Shown here in pieces: positions 24,134 through 33,449 of a stretch of DNA of 54,963 nt. Both the position numbers and the translations under genes were made by a program. The notes beneath the pieces were generated by a model, which saw nothing but the letters and a program-made list of their open reading frames with translations, had not been told where the DNA came from and made no database searches. The DNA comes from Clostridia bacterium. Lineage in GTDB: Bacteria > Bacillota > Dehalobacteriia > UBA7702. Location: positions 1-54,963 of the forward strand of contig JBJDXI010000061.1 of the NCBI GenBank assembly GCA_051866595.1. The letters are read 5' to 3'. The first letter of the stretch is position 1; each line of letters begins with the position of its first letter.

Positions 24134-25879
24134 TTATTCTTCTACCGGTTCCGGTTCCGGCTCGGGTTCGGGCTCAGGTTCGGGCTCGGGTTCCGGCAAC
24201 ACACAACGGAAAAGCATCATTGCCGCTTCGGCCCGGGTCGCGTTCCTCTTCGGCCCGAAGAAACCTCCGGGATAACCGCTGATCACTTTCTGTTCCGTAC
24301 AGGCGGCAACGGCTTCCACTGCCCAATCCGCCACCTCCGCGGCATCGGAGAAAGTCAACTCTTTACTGCTTAAAGGATAAGCATAAGCACGGTACAACAG
24401 TGCCGCGATTTCCTGACGGGTAATTTTCTGTTCCGGCGCGAATTGATTGTCACCGACACCGGAAACAATCCCGATTTTTCTCAACGCTGCGATATAAGTA
24501 TCGGCCCAATGGCCTTCGGTATCTTCAAAGCCACTGGATTCTTCCGTCACCGTCACCTTACCGTCCGCAGCCAATTTGCGGCAAAGCAGTGTACTAAATT
24601 CCGCTCTGGTGATGGAATTTTCCGGACGGTACGTACCGTCTGGATAACCGGACAGAATCTTTTTCTTCGCCAATTCCGTAATGGCCTCTTCCGCCCAATG
24701 GCCGTCAATATCCCGGAAAGCGCAGGGTTCCTGATCGCTAAAAGAAAAAGTCCCGGATACGGTATTCTTTGTACCGTCGGGCAGGTTCACAAAGAAGCCC
24801 AGCGTAACGTCACTTCCGGCGTAATCATCCAAAGACAGCGTTTCAGAAAGGGACATTCCGTTATGAAATACTTGTTGCGAGAAGGTTTTCACCGTTTTAC
24901 CGTTGACCGTCCATCCGCCGGAGGCCACAAAACCGTTCCCTGTGACAGAAGCCGTAACGTTCACCGTAAAATCGGCGCCGAGACGAATATCCGCTCTTGA
25001 TCCGGTCATCGTATACACCGCGTTTTTCGCCGCGGCATCGCTTTCCTTGACGCAGGAGAAACCATAATCCAACAGTTTTCGTCCGTCACCGTAGCGGTTG
25101 CCGGATTTCAGCACCACCACAATAAGGCGACGGCCGTTCTGTTTGGCGCTTACCGTCAGGCAGCTGCCGGCGGCGTTGCTGGTGCCGGTTTTCATGCCGT
25201 CCACACCGGCGTAATAGTCACTGCCCAAAAATTTATTGGTATTGTTATAAGTACGCCCTTTAAAAGAAATGCTCTTCAAGGATGTATATTTTAAAATGTC
25301 GGGATGATTTTTCACAAAGGCCGAAGCCAAAATCGCCATGGAACGGGCCGTCACGTAATGGCCCGACATATTCACTCCGGCGCCGTAGGAATTGAGGTAG
25401 TGAGCGTCCATACCGAGACTCTCGGCGGTCTGATTCATCCGGGCGACAAAAGCCGACTCGGAACCACTGATATAATCTCCCATCGAAGCGCAGGCACCAC
25501 AGGCCGAAGGCAGAAGAATCAGTTTCAGCATCGTATCCACGGTATACTGTTCTCCCTTATTCAGCGGCACATTGGAATAACCACCGGTATACGCCACAGC
25601 GGAGCCGTGAGCGGAAATGGTCACCACAGAATCATAGGAAATCCGGCCGGAATCAATATCCTCAAAAATCACATATGCGGTCATCAGTTTGGTCAGACTG
25701 GCCGGCGCCCGCCGCGTATCGGCGTTCTTTTCATAATAAAAGGCGCCGGTATCACCGTCCAGCACAATGGCGGAAGCGGCACTGACATCGGGAGCCGCAG
25801 CGCAAACGCCGACGGATCCACCGCAGACAAAGACCGCGAGAAGCAGAAGCAAACAACATTTTTTGACAAAAGAATTCAT
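24134..25879 (-). CDS. Serine-type D-Ala-D-Ala carboxypeptidase (peptidase S11, PBP5-like) with C-terminal SLH domains and an (EP)n tail
   Basis: Signal peptide. The active-site motifs are SxxK (SLTK) and KTG (GMKTGTS). Three SLH-type repeats (ITRAEFSTLLCR, ITRQEIAALLYR, ATRAEAAMMLFR). The protein ends in PEPEPEPEPEPEPEPEPVEE. Confidence 0.85.
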   Translation of the reverse strand: MNSFVKKCCLLLLLAVFVCGGSVGVCAAAPDVSAASAIVLDGDTGAFYYEKNADTRRAPASLTKLMTAYVIFEDIDSGRISYDSVVTISAHGSAVAYTGGYSNVPLNKGEQYTVDTMLKLILLPSACGACASMGDYISGSESAFVARMNQTAESLGMDAHYLNSYGAGVNMSGHYVTARSMAILASAFVKNHPDILKYTSLKSISFKGRTYNNTNKFLGSDYYAGVDGMKTGTSNAAGSCLTVSAKQNGRRLIVVVLKSGNRYGDGRKLLDYGFSCVKESDAAAKNAVYTMTGSRADIRLGADFTVNVTASVTGNGFVASGGWTVNGKTVKTFSQQVFHNGMSLSETLSLDDYAGSDVTLGFFVNLPDGTKNTVSGTFSFSDQEPCAFRDIDGHWAEEAITELAKKKILSGYPDGTYRPENSITRAEFSTLLCRKLAADGKVTVTEESSGFEDTEGHWADTYIAALRKIGIVSGVGDNQFAPEQKITRQEIAALLYRAYAYPLSSKELTFSDAAEVADWAVEAVAACTEQKVISGYPGGFFGPKRNATRAEAAMMLFRCVLPEPEPEPEPEPEPEPEPVEE

Positions 25880-26016
25880 TGCGGTTCCTCACTCTTACAA
25901 AAGATACGTTTATTATATCATATTTCCAACAAAAGAGAACCGCATTTCTTCAAAAAAGCTATAAAACAAGAAAAACCGCAGAGGAACACTTTTCAAAGTC
26001 CTGAGCGGTTTTTTCT

Positions 26017-27435
26017 CTATAATACGGCAAACAGTGACAACAAACCGATACAAACAGCAAATACAATCAGCAGGAACGGCCAGACAAAGCGGATCCACTG
26101 CACATAGGAAATCCGCGCCATAGCGAGGCCGCCCACAAGGATTGCGCTGGTGGGAGTAATGAGGTTCACCAGTCCCGAAGCCGACTGAAAACTTGTGACA
26201 ATCAACGAAGACGCCACGCCGGAAAATTCCCCCAGCGGTGCCATAATGGGAATGGACAGTGTCGCCAACCCCGAGGAAGAAGGTACCAAAAAAGAGAATA
26301 AAATATAAATTACAAAGGAAAGAATGGTAAACGTTACGGAACCGGCACTTTGCAGCAGGGATTCTCCGGCGTGAAGAATCGTATCGGTAATCATGCCGTT
26401 GTTCATCACCACGGTAATCCCCCGGGAAACGGCGATGATCAGCGCCACGCCCAACAGATCCGCGGCGCCGGCCACAAAGCTGTCGGCGATTTCCCCTTCT
26501 TTCAGACGGTAGAGGATCCCCGCCGCCAGACCGCCGACGAGAAAGAGGGCCGATAATTCCGTAAAGCCCCAGCCCAGCGTCGGCAAAATGGAAACACCCA
26601 GTTCATCGAAGGGAATCACGCCGTAAATCATCACCAGAAAAGTCCCGGCGAAGAGCGCCAGCACCCCTTTGCGTTTTCCCGTTAATTCCGGCGCTTCCTC
26701 GCCGCTTTCCACGGAGAAGTGAGCCGCGTCCACCAGCCGTGTTTCGTAAACCAGAGAACGTTCCGGTGCGTGCTTCACCAGACGGGCATAACGCAGAACA
26801 AAGCCGATGGCCAGCAATTCCAGAAGAATCAACATCATCAGACGTAAGCCGATCCCTTCCCCCAAAGAAATCCCGGCAAAACCCGAGGCGATCCCGGTAG
26901 CGAAAGGGTTCACCGTGGAACCGATCACGCCCATGCCGGCACCGAGAAGAATCACCGCGGCGGCGGTCAGCGTATCATAACCGGCCATCACAAAAACAGG
27001 AATCAACAGAGGATAAAAAGCAATGGTTTCTTCGGCCATGCCGAAAGTCGTGCCGCCGAGGCCGAAAAGGATCATCAATATGGGGATCATCCACATTTCC
27101 TTTCCCTTGAGCAGGCGGACAATATTGAAAATCCCGGCATTGATGGCCCCGGTTTTCATCGTCACACCCAGAAAACCGCCGACGGCAAGAATAAAGAGAC
27201 AAATATCCACGGCGTCGTAAAAGCCGTAAAACGAGGCAAGCAAAATATCGCCGATTCCCTGCGCGTCGGGCTCCACCGTATGATACGTTCCCGATATGGG
27301 CTCGGAATAGCCGCTCGCATCGGTAAAATAATCGTATTGCCCGGCAGGGACGATCCAGGTTGCCGCGGCAACCAGAATAATCAGCAGAAAGAGAATGGAA
27401 TATGCGGTGGGCATATTCCATTTTTTCCTTGTCAA
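26017..27435 (-). CDS. YfcC/DcuC-family transporter, putative arginine/ornithine exchanger of the ADI cluster
   Basis: 472 aa polytopic membrane protein. Its TTG start overlaps the arcB stop (TTGA). The assignment rests on context with arcA and arcB. Confidence 0.75.
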   Translation of the reverse strand: MTRKKWNMPTAYSILFLLIILVAAATWIVPAGQYDYFTDASGYSEPISGTYHTVEPDAQGIGDILLASFYGFYDAVDICLFILAVGGFLGVTMKTGAINAGIFNIVRLLKGKEMWMIPILMILFGLGGTTFGMAEETIAFYPLLIPVFVMAGYDTLTAAAVILLGAGMGVIGSTVNPFATGIASGFAGISLGEGIGLRLMMLILLELLAIGFVLRYARLVKHAPERSLVYETRLVDAAHFSVESGEEAPELTGKRKGVLALFAGTFLVMIYGVIPFDELGVSILPTLGWGFTELSALFLVGGLAAGILYRLKEGEIADSFVAGAADLLGVALIIAVSRGITVVMNNGMITDTILHAGESLLQSAGSVTFTILSFVIYILFSFLVPSSSGLATLSIPIMAPLGEFSGVASSLIVTSFQSASGLVNLITPTSAILVGGLAMARISYVQWIRFVWPFLLIVFAVCIGLLSLFAVL

Positions 27436-28421
27436 ATCATGGCAGTAAGTACCGCTTTAATGGTGTGCATCCGGTTTTCGGCCTCATCGAAAACAACCGA
27501 ATGTTTGCTGCGGAAGACCTCATCGGTGACTTCACGAATGTCATAGCCTTTGTCCATCCATTCTTTGGCCATGGCTGTTTCAAAATCGTGGAACGAAGGC
27601 AGGCAGTGCAGGAAAAGCACATCGGGATTACCGGTAGCTTTCAGCAGATCCATCGTCACTTTAAAGGGCGTGAGCAATTCCACCCGCTCGGGAATTTTAT
27701 CTTCCTCGCCCATGGAAGCCCAGATGTCGCTGTAAATCACATCGGCGTCCTTCACGGCGGAAATATCGTCGGAAATCTCAATCACCGCGCCGGTATCGGC
27801 GGCCACTTCATTGGCGGCGGCCAGAACCTTTTCATCAACTTTCAGCGAAGAGGGACCGTAAGCCACAAAGTGCATCCCCATTTTGGCGCAGCCGTACATC
27901 CATGCGTAGCACATATTATTGCGGATGTCACCGCAGAAAACCACCTTCACCTTAGAGAGAGGTTTGGCGCAGTGCTCTTCAATGGTGAGCATATCCGCTA
28001 AGATCTGAGTGGGATGATCCACATCGGTGAGACCGTTAAAGACAGGAACACCGGAGAATTTCGCCAGATTTTCCACAACCTCCTGATCAAAACCGCGATA
28101 TTCAATGCCGTCAAAGAAACGGCCCAGCACTTTCGCGGTATCTTCCAGGGATTCCTTTTTCCCCATCTGAGAGCTTTTGGAATCGAGGAAAGTCACATGG
28201 GCGCCCTCGTCATGGCAGGCCGTTTCAAAGGCACACCGCGTTCTCGTCGAGGTCTTTTCAAAAAGCAGTACGACATTTTTGCCTTTCAGAAGCGGCTGAT
28301 CATAGATTCCCGCTCTTTTCTTGGCTTTCAGTGTCGCCGCCAGATCCAGCAGATAACGGATTTCCTCAGGGGTGAAATCCATCAATGTCAAAAAGCTTCT
28401 TCCTTTTAAATTCACAGGCAT
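27432..28421 (-). CDS. arcB: Ornithine carbamoyltransferase (catabolic context)
   Basis: Motifs STRTR (FEKTSTRTRCAFE) and HCLP. GGAGG RBS. Confidence 0.9.
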   Translation of the reverse strand: MPVNLKGRSFLTLMDFTPEEIRYLLDLAATLKAKKRAGIYDQPLLKGKNVVLLFEKTSTRTRCAFETACHDEGAHVTFLDSKSSQMGKKESLEDTAKVLGRFFDGIEYRGFDQEVVENLAKFSGVPVFNGLTDVDHPTQILADMLTIEEHCAKPLSKVKVVFCGDIRNNMCYAWMYGCAKMGMHFVAYGPSSLKVDEKVLAAANEVAADTGAVIEISDDISAVKDADVIYSDIWASMGEEDKIPERVELLTPFKVTMDLLKATGNPDVLFLHCLPSFHDFETAMAKEWMDKGYDIREVTDEVFRSKHSVVFDEAENRMHTIKAVLTAMI

Positions 28422-28451
28422 TTATTTTTCCTCCTTATGCTGTTGAGTTTC

Positions 28452-29678
28452 TCACAGATCCGCCCGCACCAAGGGCATACTCATGCAACGCGGGCCACCC
28501 CGTCCCCGGGACAATTCCGAACCGGGAATTTCGTGGATACGGATACCGGCTTCCTGCAAGATCTCATTGGTCACATGATTTCTGGCGTAAACAACCACTT
28601 CTCCCGGGGCGATGGCGAGGGTATTGGAACCGTCGTTCCACTGTTCCCGGGCGGCGTCGATGACGCTGTTGCTGCCACAACAGATCAGCTGAATATCATC
28701 GAGTTCCAGATGTTCCTTTAAAATATCCGCCACGGTGCCGTTCTCAAAACGGATGCGGATTTTACCGTTCTTCCGTTCAATCACGAAAACGTCAATGTCC
28801 TTGAGAATATTGGGATGAATCGTAAATTTATTGTAATCCACCATGGTAAACACGGTATCGAGATGCATAAAAGTACGTTCTTTTGGTATATTGAAAGCCA
28901 GAATTTTCTGAAAATCACTCTCTTCGGAAAGGAGATTATCGGCGAATTTCTCGATGGCGCTTTCGTGGGTACGTTGGGAAATACCAATGGCCACCGTGGT
29001 CCGGCTGAGGATCAGAATATCGCCGCCCTCCAGAGAGGAATCCTCTTCCCTATCATACCATATTTTTGTATTTTTATAAAGGGGGTGATGGGAAAAAATG
29101 TAATCGGCAAAAACCGTTTCTCTTCGGCGGGTCTCCGAAAACATTTTGTGAATGGTCACGCCGTTCCCCACCGAAGCAAAGGGATCTCTCGTGAAATAGA
29201 GATTGGGCATGGGATCCATGACAAAGGGATAATCACTGCGGACGTGGCGGATAAAGTCACTCAGCGTGTGCCCCTCAAACTGCTCCACATCGGATTTTCG
29301 CACCCCGGCCATCATCTGATCGATCATATCCCTTGTGGAAAGGGAAGAAAAGTATTCGGTCATGATCTCTGTTTCCCGAGTGGTGGAGAGGTTCGCCTCT
29401 TTCAGAACATCGTGAATAAAGTTCTTTTTCACCTCTTCATCCAGGATGGATTCCTCCACCAGATCTTCCAGATAAACGACTTCGGCGCCGTGTTTCCGGA
29501 GAAGAGCGGCGAAAGCGTCGTGTTCCTCCCGGGCAACTTTTAAATATGGGATGTCATCAAACAACAAGCGGTCAAGATATTCCGGCATTAAGTTTTCCAA
29601 TTCTCTGCCGGGCCGGTGCAGCATCACTTTTTTCAGCGGCCCGATCTCGGAATGGACATGGATTGGCTGTTTTTCCAA
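28452..29678 (-). CDS. arcA: Arginine deiminase
   Basis: N-terminus HSEIGPLKKVMLHRPGRELENL. C-terminal catalytic Cys region GGPRCMSMPL. The TTG start lies 5 nt after GAGGTG. Confidence 0.95.
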   Translation of the reverse strand: MEKQPIHVHSEIGPLKKVMLHRPGRELENLMPEYLDRLLFDDIPYLKVAREEHDAFAALLRKHGAEVVYLEDLVEESILDEEVKKNFIHDVLKEANLSTTRETEIMTEYFSSLSTRDMIDQMMAGVRKSDVEQFEGHTLSDFIRHVRSDYPFVMDPMPNLYFTRDPFASVGNGVTIHKMFSETRRRETVFADYIFSHHPLYKNTKIWYDREEDSSLEGGDILILSRTTVAIGISQRTHESAIEKFADNLLSEESDFQKILAFNIPKERTFMHLDTVFTMVDYNKFTIHPNILKDIDVFVIERKNGKIRIRFENGTVADILKEHLELDDIQLICCGSNSVIDAAREQWNDGSNTLAIAPGEVVVYARNHVTNEILQEAGIRIHEIPGSELSRGRGGPRCMSMPLVRADL

Positions 29679-29794
29679 AGTGCCACCTCATTTCCTGATT
29701 TTATTCTATTTTGTGAAAAAATGAAAAGGCTATACGATAAAATACAGGAAATTTCTCCCTTGCGAAAAACAAGAAACACTGTTATACTTCATTT

Positions 29795-30079
29795 ATGAAC
29801 AAAAAAGCCGTTTTAAACAAAATTGAATCCTATTTGAACGGAGAAATCAACGCCGAAGATTTTTCCTATGATTTCCCCGTAACCTATTCTTTTTACGCAA
29901 AAAAACTGGATCAGGAAGACCCGGCCTTTTCCGAATTGATGGAAAAGAAAGTCAAAGTTCTCTGCCGCGCATACGATCCCTTTGATTTTTACAACATGGA
30001 GGGAGAAAAAGTTTTCAGCGAGGACGAATTTCGCGCCGGCATCCAATCTCTCTACGAAGAAGCGAAAAAGATGCTTTGA
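29795..30079 (+). CDS. Small acidic hypothetical protein (94 aa)
   Basis: The ORF ends just before a strong terminator. It has no signal peptide and no TM helix. It loosely resembles small immunity-type proteins, but I cannot confirm that. Confidence 0.5.
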   Translation: MNKKAVLNKIESYLNGEINAEDFSYDFPVTYSFYAKKLDQEDPAFSELMEKKVKVLCRAYDPFDFYNMEGEKVFSEDEFRAGIQSLYEEAKKML

Positions 30080-30100
30080 ACCATTTCACAGAAAAAACAG

Positions 30101-30127
30101 CCGCCCGTCGCGAAGACGGGCGGTTTT
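30101..30127 (+). terminator. Intrinsic terminator of the 94 aa ORF
   Basis: CCGCCCGTC gcgaa GACGGGCGG followed by TTTT. Confidence 0.8.
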
Positions 30128-30136
30128 ACTAAAAAA

Positions 30137-30276
30137 ACCTGTCAAAATGATATGCGCCCCAAGATAGAATTTTCTTGAAATTAAAAGGAATGAGCCCGGT
30201 ACAATTCCGAACTCATTCGCATTAAATTTCATATTTACTTTTGTCTAAACTTTGGGGCGCACTTCAAAAGACAGGT
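30137..30276. other. Extended imperfect hairpin of about 140 nt with a large asymmetric central bubble
   Basis: Nested pairings:
- ACCTGTC (30137-43) with GACAGGT (30270-76)
- TGCGCCCCAA (30153-62) with TTGGGGCGCA (30252-61)
- GAAATT (30177-82) with AATTTC (30225-30)
- GAATGAG (30188-94) with CTCATTC (30212-18)
On the minus strand it follows the S8 protease stop directly and ends in TTTTTTT. Confidence 0.5.
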
Positions 30277-30291
30277 CTTTTCCTTTATCGG

Positions 30292-32238
30292 TTATTCTTC
30301 CTCAGGAGAAGCGACGGGTTCCTCTGCCGGCGGCGTTGTCGGCTCTTCCGTCGGAGGCGTTGTCGGTTCCTCCGGAGGGGTCGTCGGCTCTTCCGGAGCA
30401 AGGTTCAAATCATACAGACCGCTGATGATCCGGGCCGTCTCCGCTCTTGTCGCACTGTTCATGGGCCGGAAAACATACCGGTTCGTACCGATCTCATAAC
30501 CTTTGATGATTCCGGCTTTCACCAGGGCGGTAACACCCGGTTTCGCCCAATCTTCAATGGACGCGGCGTCTTCAAACTGAACAGAGATGCTGTCATCCTC
30601 GGGCAGCGTTATTTTTTTATAATCCATATAATAGCGGTACAGCATCGTTACTATTTCCTGACGGCTGATGGGCTGCATCGGGGCAAACTTTTTCTCGCCC
30701 ACACCGAAAACAATCTGATTCTCTTCCGCCCAGACCACGGCTTTTTGATACCAGCTGCCGGCTTCCACATCCACAAAGGAACCGGTTCCGGTTACCGCGG
30801 GCTCGCCTTCCATGCGATAAAGAATTGTGGCGAACATAGCCCGGGTCAATTCCGTTTCAGAACCGAACTGCGTATCGGACATTCCCACCATCAATTGATT
30901 CTTATATACTTTCAGAACGGAGTCATAATACCAGTCGGCCTTGGAAACATCTTCAAAAACATTACCGTCAGCTTTATCGCTCATGGCTTTCAGGAGCTTT
31001 TCGCAGTTGATCAGGCCGTATCCGTAAGAGGTATCATAACCGGGATTTCCCAGATCGGTACAGGTTTTTTTCAGTAAAGCGCTGAATTCCCGGGACGTAA
31101 TATTTTCATCGTAGGAGCGGGCCAGAGCGGCAAGAGACGCCACAAAGGGCGTGGCCAGAGAGGTTCCACTGGTCACACGGTAATAATCATTCCCGTCATA
31201 GATCAGATCATCTCCGTTAGATTCATTGTTAAAAGGATTTCCCAGCGAGAGAACACCAACGCCCGGCGCGCAGCAGTACACCGATGTATTCCGGGCGGAG
31301 AACGAGGCCACCTCACGGTTGGCATCCACCGCGCCGACGCCGATCACACAGTCAAAGGCCGCGGGATACTGCAAAGAGCTTCCCTGAACGGCATTGTTCC
31401 CGGCGGCGGCCACAAGAATGGCTCCGTTGTCATAAGCGTATTCGCAGGCCGATTTCAGCAACGCGATCGTTTCCGGGGAGATTTCCGGATTGGCCGAATC
31501 CACAAGAAAACTCATACTGATGACATCGGCACCATAAACATCTACCGCATCACGGATGGCCTGAGCCACATGGACAATGGAAGCCTTTTTCTCTTTGGCG
31601 GCTTCATCCCAGTAAAAGGTTCGCTGGCTGACAACGGTCACATCCTTGAGCATCCCGGCAATCCCTTTTCCGTTTCCGGAAGTGGCACCGATCAGACCGG
31701 CACAGGACGTCCCGTGAGAAGTACAGTCCGATGTAACATTCACATCTTCTTCTGATTCATCGCTCTTAATATAATCCTTCCCGGATTTAAAATTTTTCTG
31801 AGCGTCTCCATGATTGACGAAAAAACCGGAATCAATCACGCACACCACCACATCTTTGGAACCGGTGGTGTAGTACTTCCAGCAGTTTTCCACATTGACC
31901 ATTTTCAGCGCCCATTGGCGGGAGTAATAGGGATCGTTATAATAAGCGGCGGAGGTTTCCGCGTCACAGAGTGAGGCTGTCCCTGCAGCCCCCACCGAGA
32001 GGACCATGGGATGATCTTTCAACGCCGCGGCGGTATTCTCCTCGGCAATGTAATAAGCGTCCAGCAGATATTCCAAACCATACGCGTCAGCAAAGGACTC
32101 GATTTCGGCGGCGCTGTAATGTTCCGTGTCAAAAACAACGATCCAATCCTCATCGGTTTCGGCGGCAACGCCGACGGAAAAGACCGTCAAAACAAATAAA
32201 GTCAACAATAAAACTAAAATCGTGCTGCGTTTCTTCAT
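30292..32238 (-). CDS. S8-family (subtilisin-like) serine protease with C-terminal SLH domains and a Pro/Thr/Glu repeat tail
   Basis: Catalytic triad contexts are VIDSGF (Asp), HGTSCAG (His) and SGTSLATPFVA (Ser). Signal peptide MKKRSTILVLLLTLFVLTVFSVGVAA. Two or three SLH-type repeats (TRAMFATILYR, ISRQEIVTMLYR, ATRAETARIISG). The tail is EEPTTPPEEPTTPPTEEPTTPP. The start at 32238 has a GAGGAG RBS, whereas the track's start at 32313 lies inside the promoter. Confidence 0.9.
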   Translation of the reverse strand: MKKRSTILVLLLTLFVLTVFSVGVAAETDEDWIVVFDTEHYSAAEIESFADAYGLEYLLDAYYIAEENTAAALKDHPMVLSVGAAGTASLCDAETSAAYYNDPYYSRQWALKMVNVENCWKYYTTGSKDVVVCVIDSGFFVNHGDAQKNFKSGKDYIKSDESEEDVNVTSDCTSHGTSCAGLIGATSGNGKGIAGMLKDVTVVSQRTFYWDEAAKEKKASIVHVAQAIRDAVDVYGADVISMSFLVDSANPEISPETIALLKSACEYAYDNGAILVAAAGNNAVQGSSLQYPAAFDCVIGVGAVDANREVASFSARNTSVYCCAPGVGVLSLGNPFNNESNGDDLIYDGNDYYRVTSGTSLATPFVASLAALARSYDENITSREFSALLKKTCTDLGNPGYDTSYGYGLINCEKLLKAMSDKADGNVFEDVSKADWYYDSVLKVYKNQLMVGMSDTQFGSETELTRAMFATILYRMEGEPAVTGTGSFVDVEAGSWYQKAVVWAEENQIVFGVGEKKFAPMQPISRQEIVTMLYRYYMDYKKITLPEDDSISVQFEDAASIEDWAKPGVTALVKAGIIKGYEIGTNRYVFRPMNSATRAETARIISGLYDLNLAPEEPTTPPEEPTTPPTEEPTTPPAEEPVASPEEE

Positions 32239-32284
32239 TTTACTCCTCACATACCTGCTATATTTATATAATGTCTTATTTTTT

Positions 32285-32313
32285 ATTATAAGGGAATCCC
32301 TGAACACTGTCAA
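32285..32313 (-). promoter_or_regulatory. Consensus sigma-A promoter of the S8 protease gene
   Basis: Read on the minus strand: TTGACA (32313-32308), a 17 nt spacer, then TATAAT (32290-32285). Confidence 0.8.
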
Positions 32314-32422
32314 GGAAGTTCCCGCTGAAAATCAACGAAAACACCGATAAAGCACCTGCTATACAATGGACCTACACGGAACCTTCATAACCGCAGTCAA
32401 AGCCAAGCCACCCGGCGTACAA

Positions 32423-32452
32423 AAAAGCCGCATCCTGAAGGATGCGGCTTTT
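32423..32452 (-). terminator. Terminator of the xpt / BMP-ABC operon
   Basis: AAAAGCCGCATCC tgaa GGATGCGGCTTTT, with a T-run after it on the minus strand. Confidence 0.8.
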
Positions 32453-32462
32453 GCAAACGGAT

Positions 32463-33449
32463 TTATCGCTCTTCGCGATAATAGTTCACACTGAGATAAG
32501 CCGGTTCGGCGCTGTTTTTCTTTTTCCGCGCCGATTCAATGGCGAGAATCAAAGCGGTAATCAGGAAAGGCAGCAGCTGGTAGAATTCATTGGGAATCGC
32601 GGAAAGCCAACCCAATACCGTGGGGAAAGCGTCGGCCAGATTTCCTTTCCAGGCCATCAGCACGTTGAACATTCCAAAGAAGAAAGAACCGAAGATCGCT
32701 TTCAGCGGATTCCAGTTGGCAAAAATTACGAGAGCCACGGCAATCCAGCCCATGCCGTTGATCCAGGATTCATTCCAGGAACCGACATTGGTGACAAAAG
32801 CCATGTAACAGCCACCGATACCGCAGATACCGCCGCCGATGACGATATTGAGGTATTTGGCCCGGTTGACGTTGACGCCGGAAGCGTCGGCGGCGCCGGG
32901 ATTTTCACCTACGGCCCGGACACGAAGCCCGGTTTTGGTTCTTAAAATATAAGCCCAACAAACGATGGCCACCACGATACCGAGGTAAACGAAAATATTG
33001 TAAGAGAACAGGAGACGCCCCAGATAGGGAATATCACGAAGCAGGGGAATCCCATTATCAGCCACAATCCACTGAAGATGAGGCGAAGCGGACAGACTGG
33101 GGAAGGTGCCGGCATTCGTCAGCATACGACCGATGAAAAGGTAAACACCGTCGCCGAAAATCGTCAGGGCGAGACCGGTAACGGTCTGGTTCGTCTGGAA
33201 CGTTACGGTAAGTACCGCATAGATCAGCGCGCAGAGAGCCGCCGCGGCAAAGGATGCCAGCAGCGCCACGATGAGACTGTCGGCGAAACAGCCGAGACAA
33301 TAGCCGCAGATGGCGCCGACGGCCATCATCCCTTCCACACCAAGGTTCAGGTTCCCGGCCCGTTCCGAAAGGATTTCGCCGGTGGTGGCAAAGAGCAAAG
33401 GAGTACCCATACGGATCGCGTAATAAAGGAAACCAATCAGGACTGCCAT
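32463..33449 (-). CDS. ABC transporter permease (BMP/nucleoside-type importer, second permease)
   Basis: 328 aa polytopic protein. Its ATG directly abuts the upstream stop codon (TAAATG). Confidence 0.85.
   Translation of the reverse strand: MAVLIGFLYYAIRMGTPLLFATTGEILSERAGNLNLGVEGMMAVGAICGYCLGCFADSLIVALLASFAAAALCALIYAVLTVTFQTNQTVTGLALTIFGDGVYLFIGRMLTNAGTFPSLSASPHLQWIVADNGIPLLRDIPYLGRLLFSYNIFVYLGIVVAIVCWAYILRTKTGLRVRAVGENPGAADASGVNVNRAKYLNIVIGGGICGIGGCYMAFVTNVGSWNESWINGMGWIAVALVIFANWNPLKAIFGSFFFGMFNVLMAWKGNLADAFPTVLGWLSAIPNEFYQLLPFLITALILAIESARKKKNSAEPAYLSVNYYREER

Noticed and set aside
24146-24196. Short tandem nucleotide repeats (GGTTCC/GGCTCG units). A similar set occurs at 30295-30399.
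   Set aside because: They are in frame inside CDSs and encode (EP)n and EEPTTPP linker or tail repeats of the SLH proteins. There is no repeat-spacer organisation, so this is not a CRISPR array or a regulatory repeat.
29676-29700. TGGCAC next to the arcA start, which could be a sigma-54 -24 element given that rpoN is in the window.
   Set aside because: No GC/TTGC -12 element is present at the required spacing (the sequence is TGGCACTTTGGAAAAA). The motif also overlaps the RBS and the TTG start codon of arcA.
29679-29794. A possible ARG box or ArcR (Crp/Fnr-type) operator in the arcA promoter region.
   Set aside because: I see only a single TGTGA/TCACA half-site and AT-rich pseudo-palindromes. 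No convincing 18 bp ARG box or TGTGA-N6-TCACA dyad can be supported by eye.
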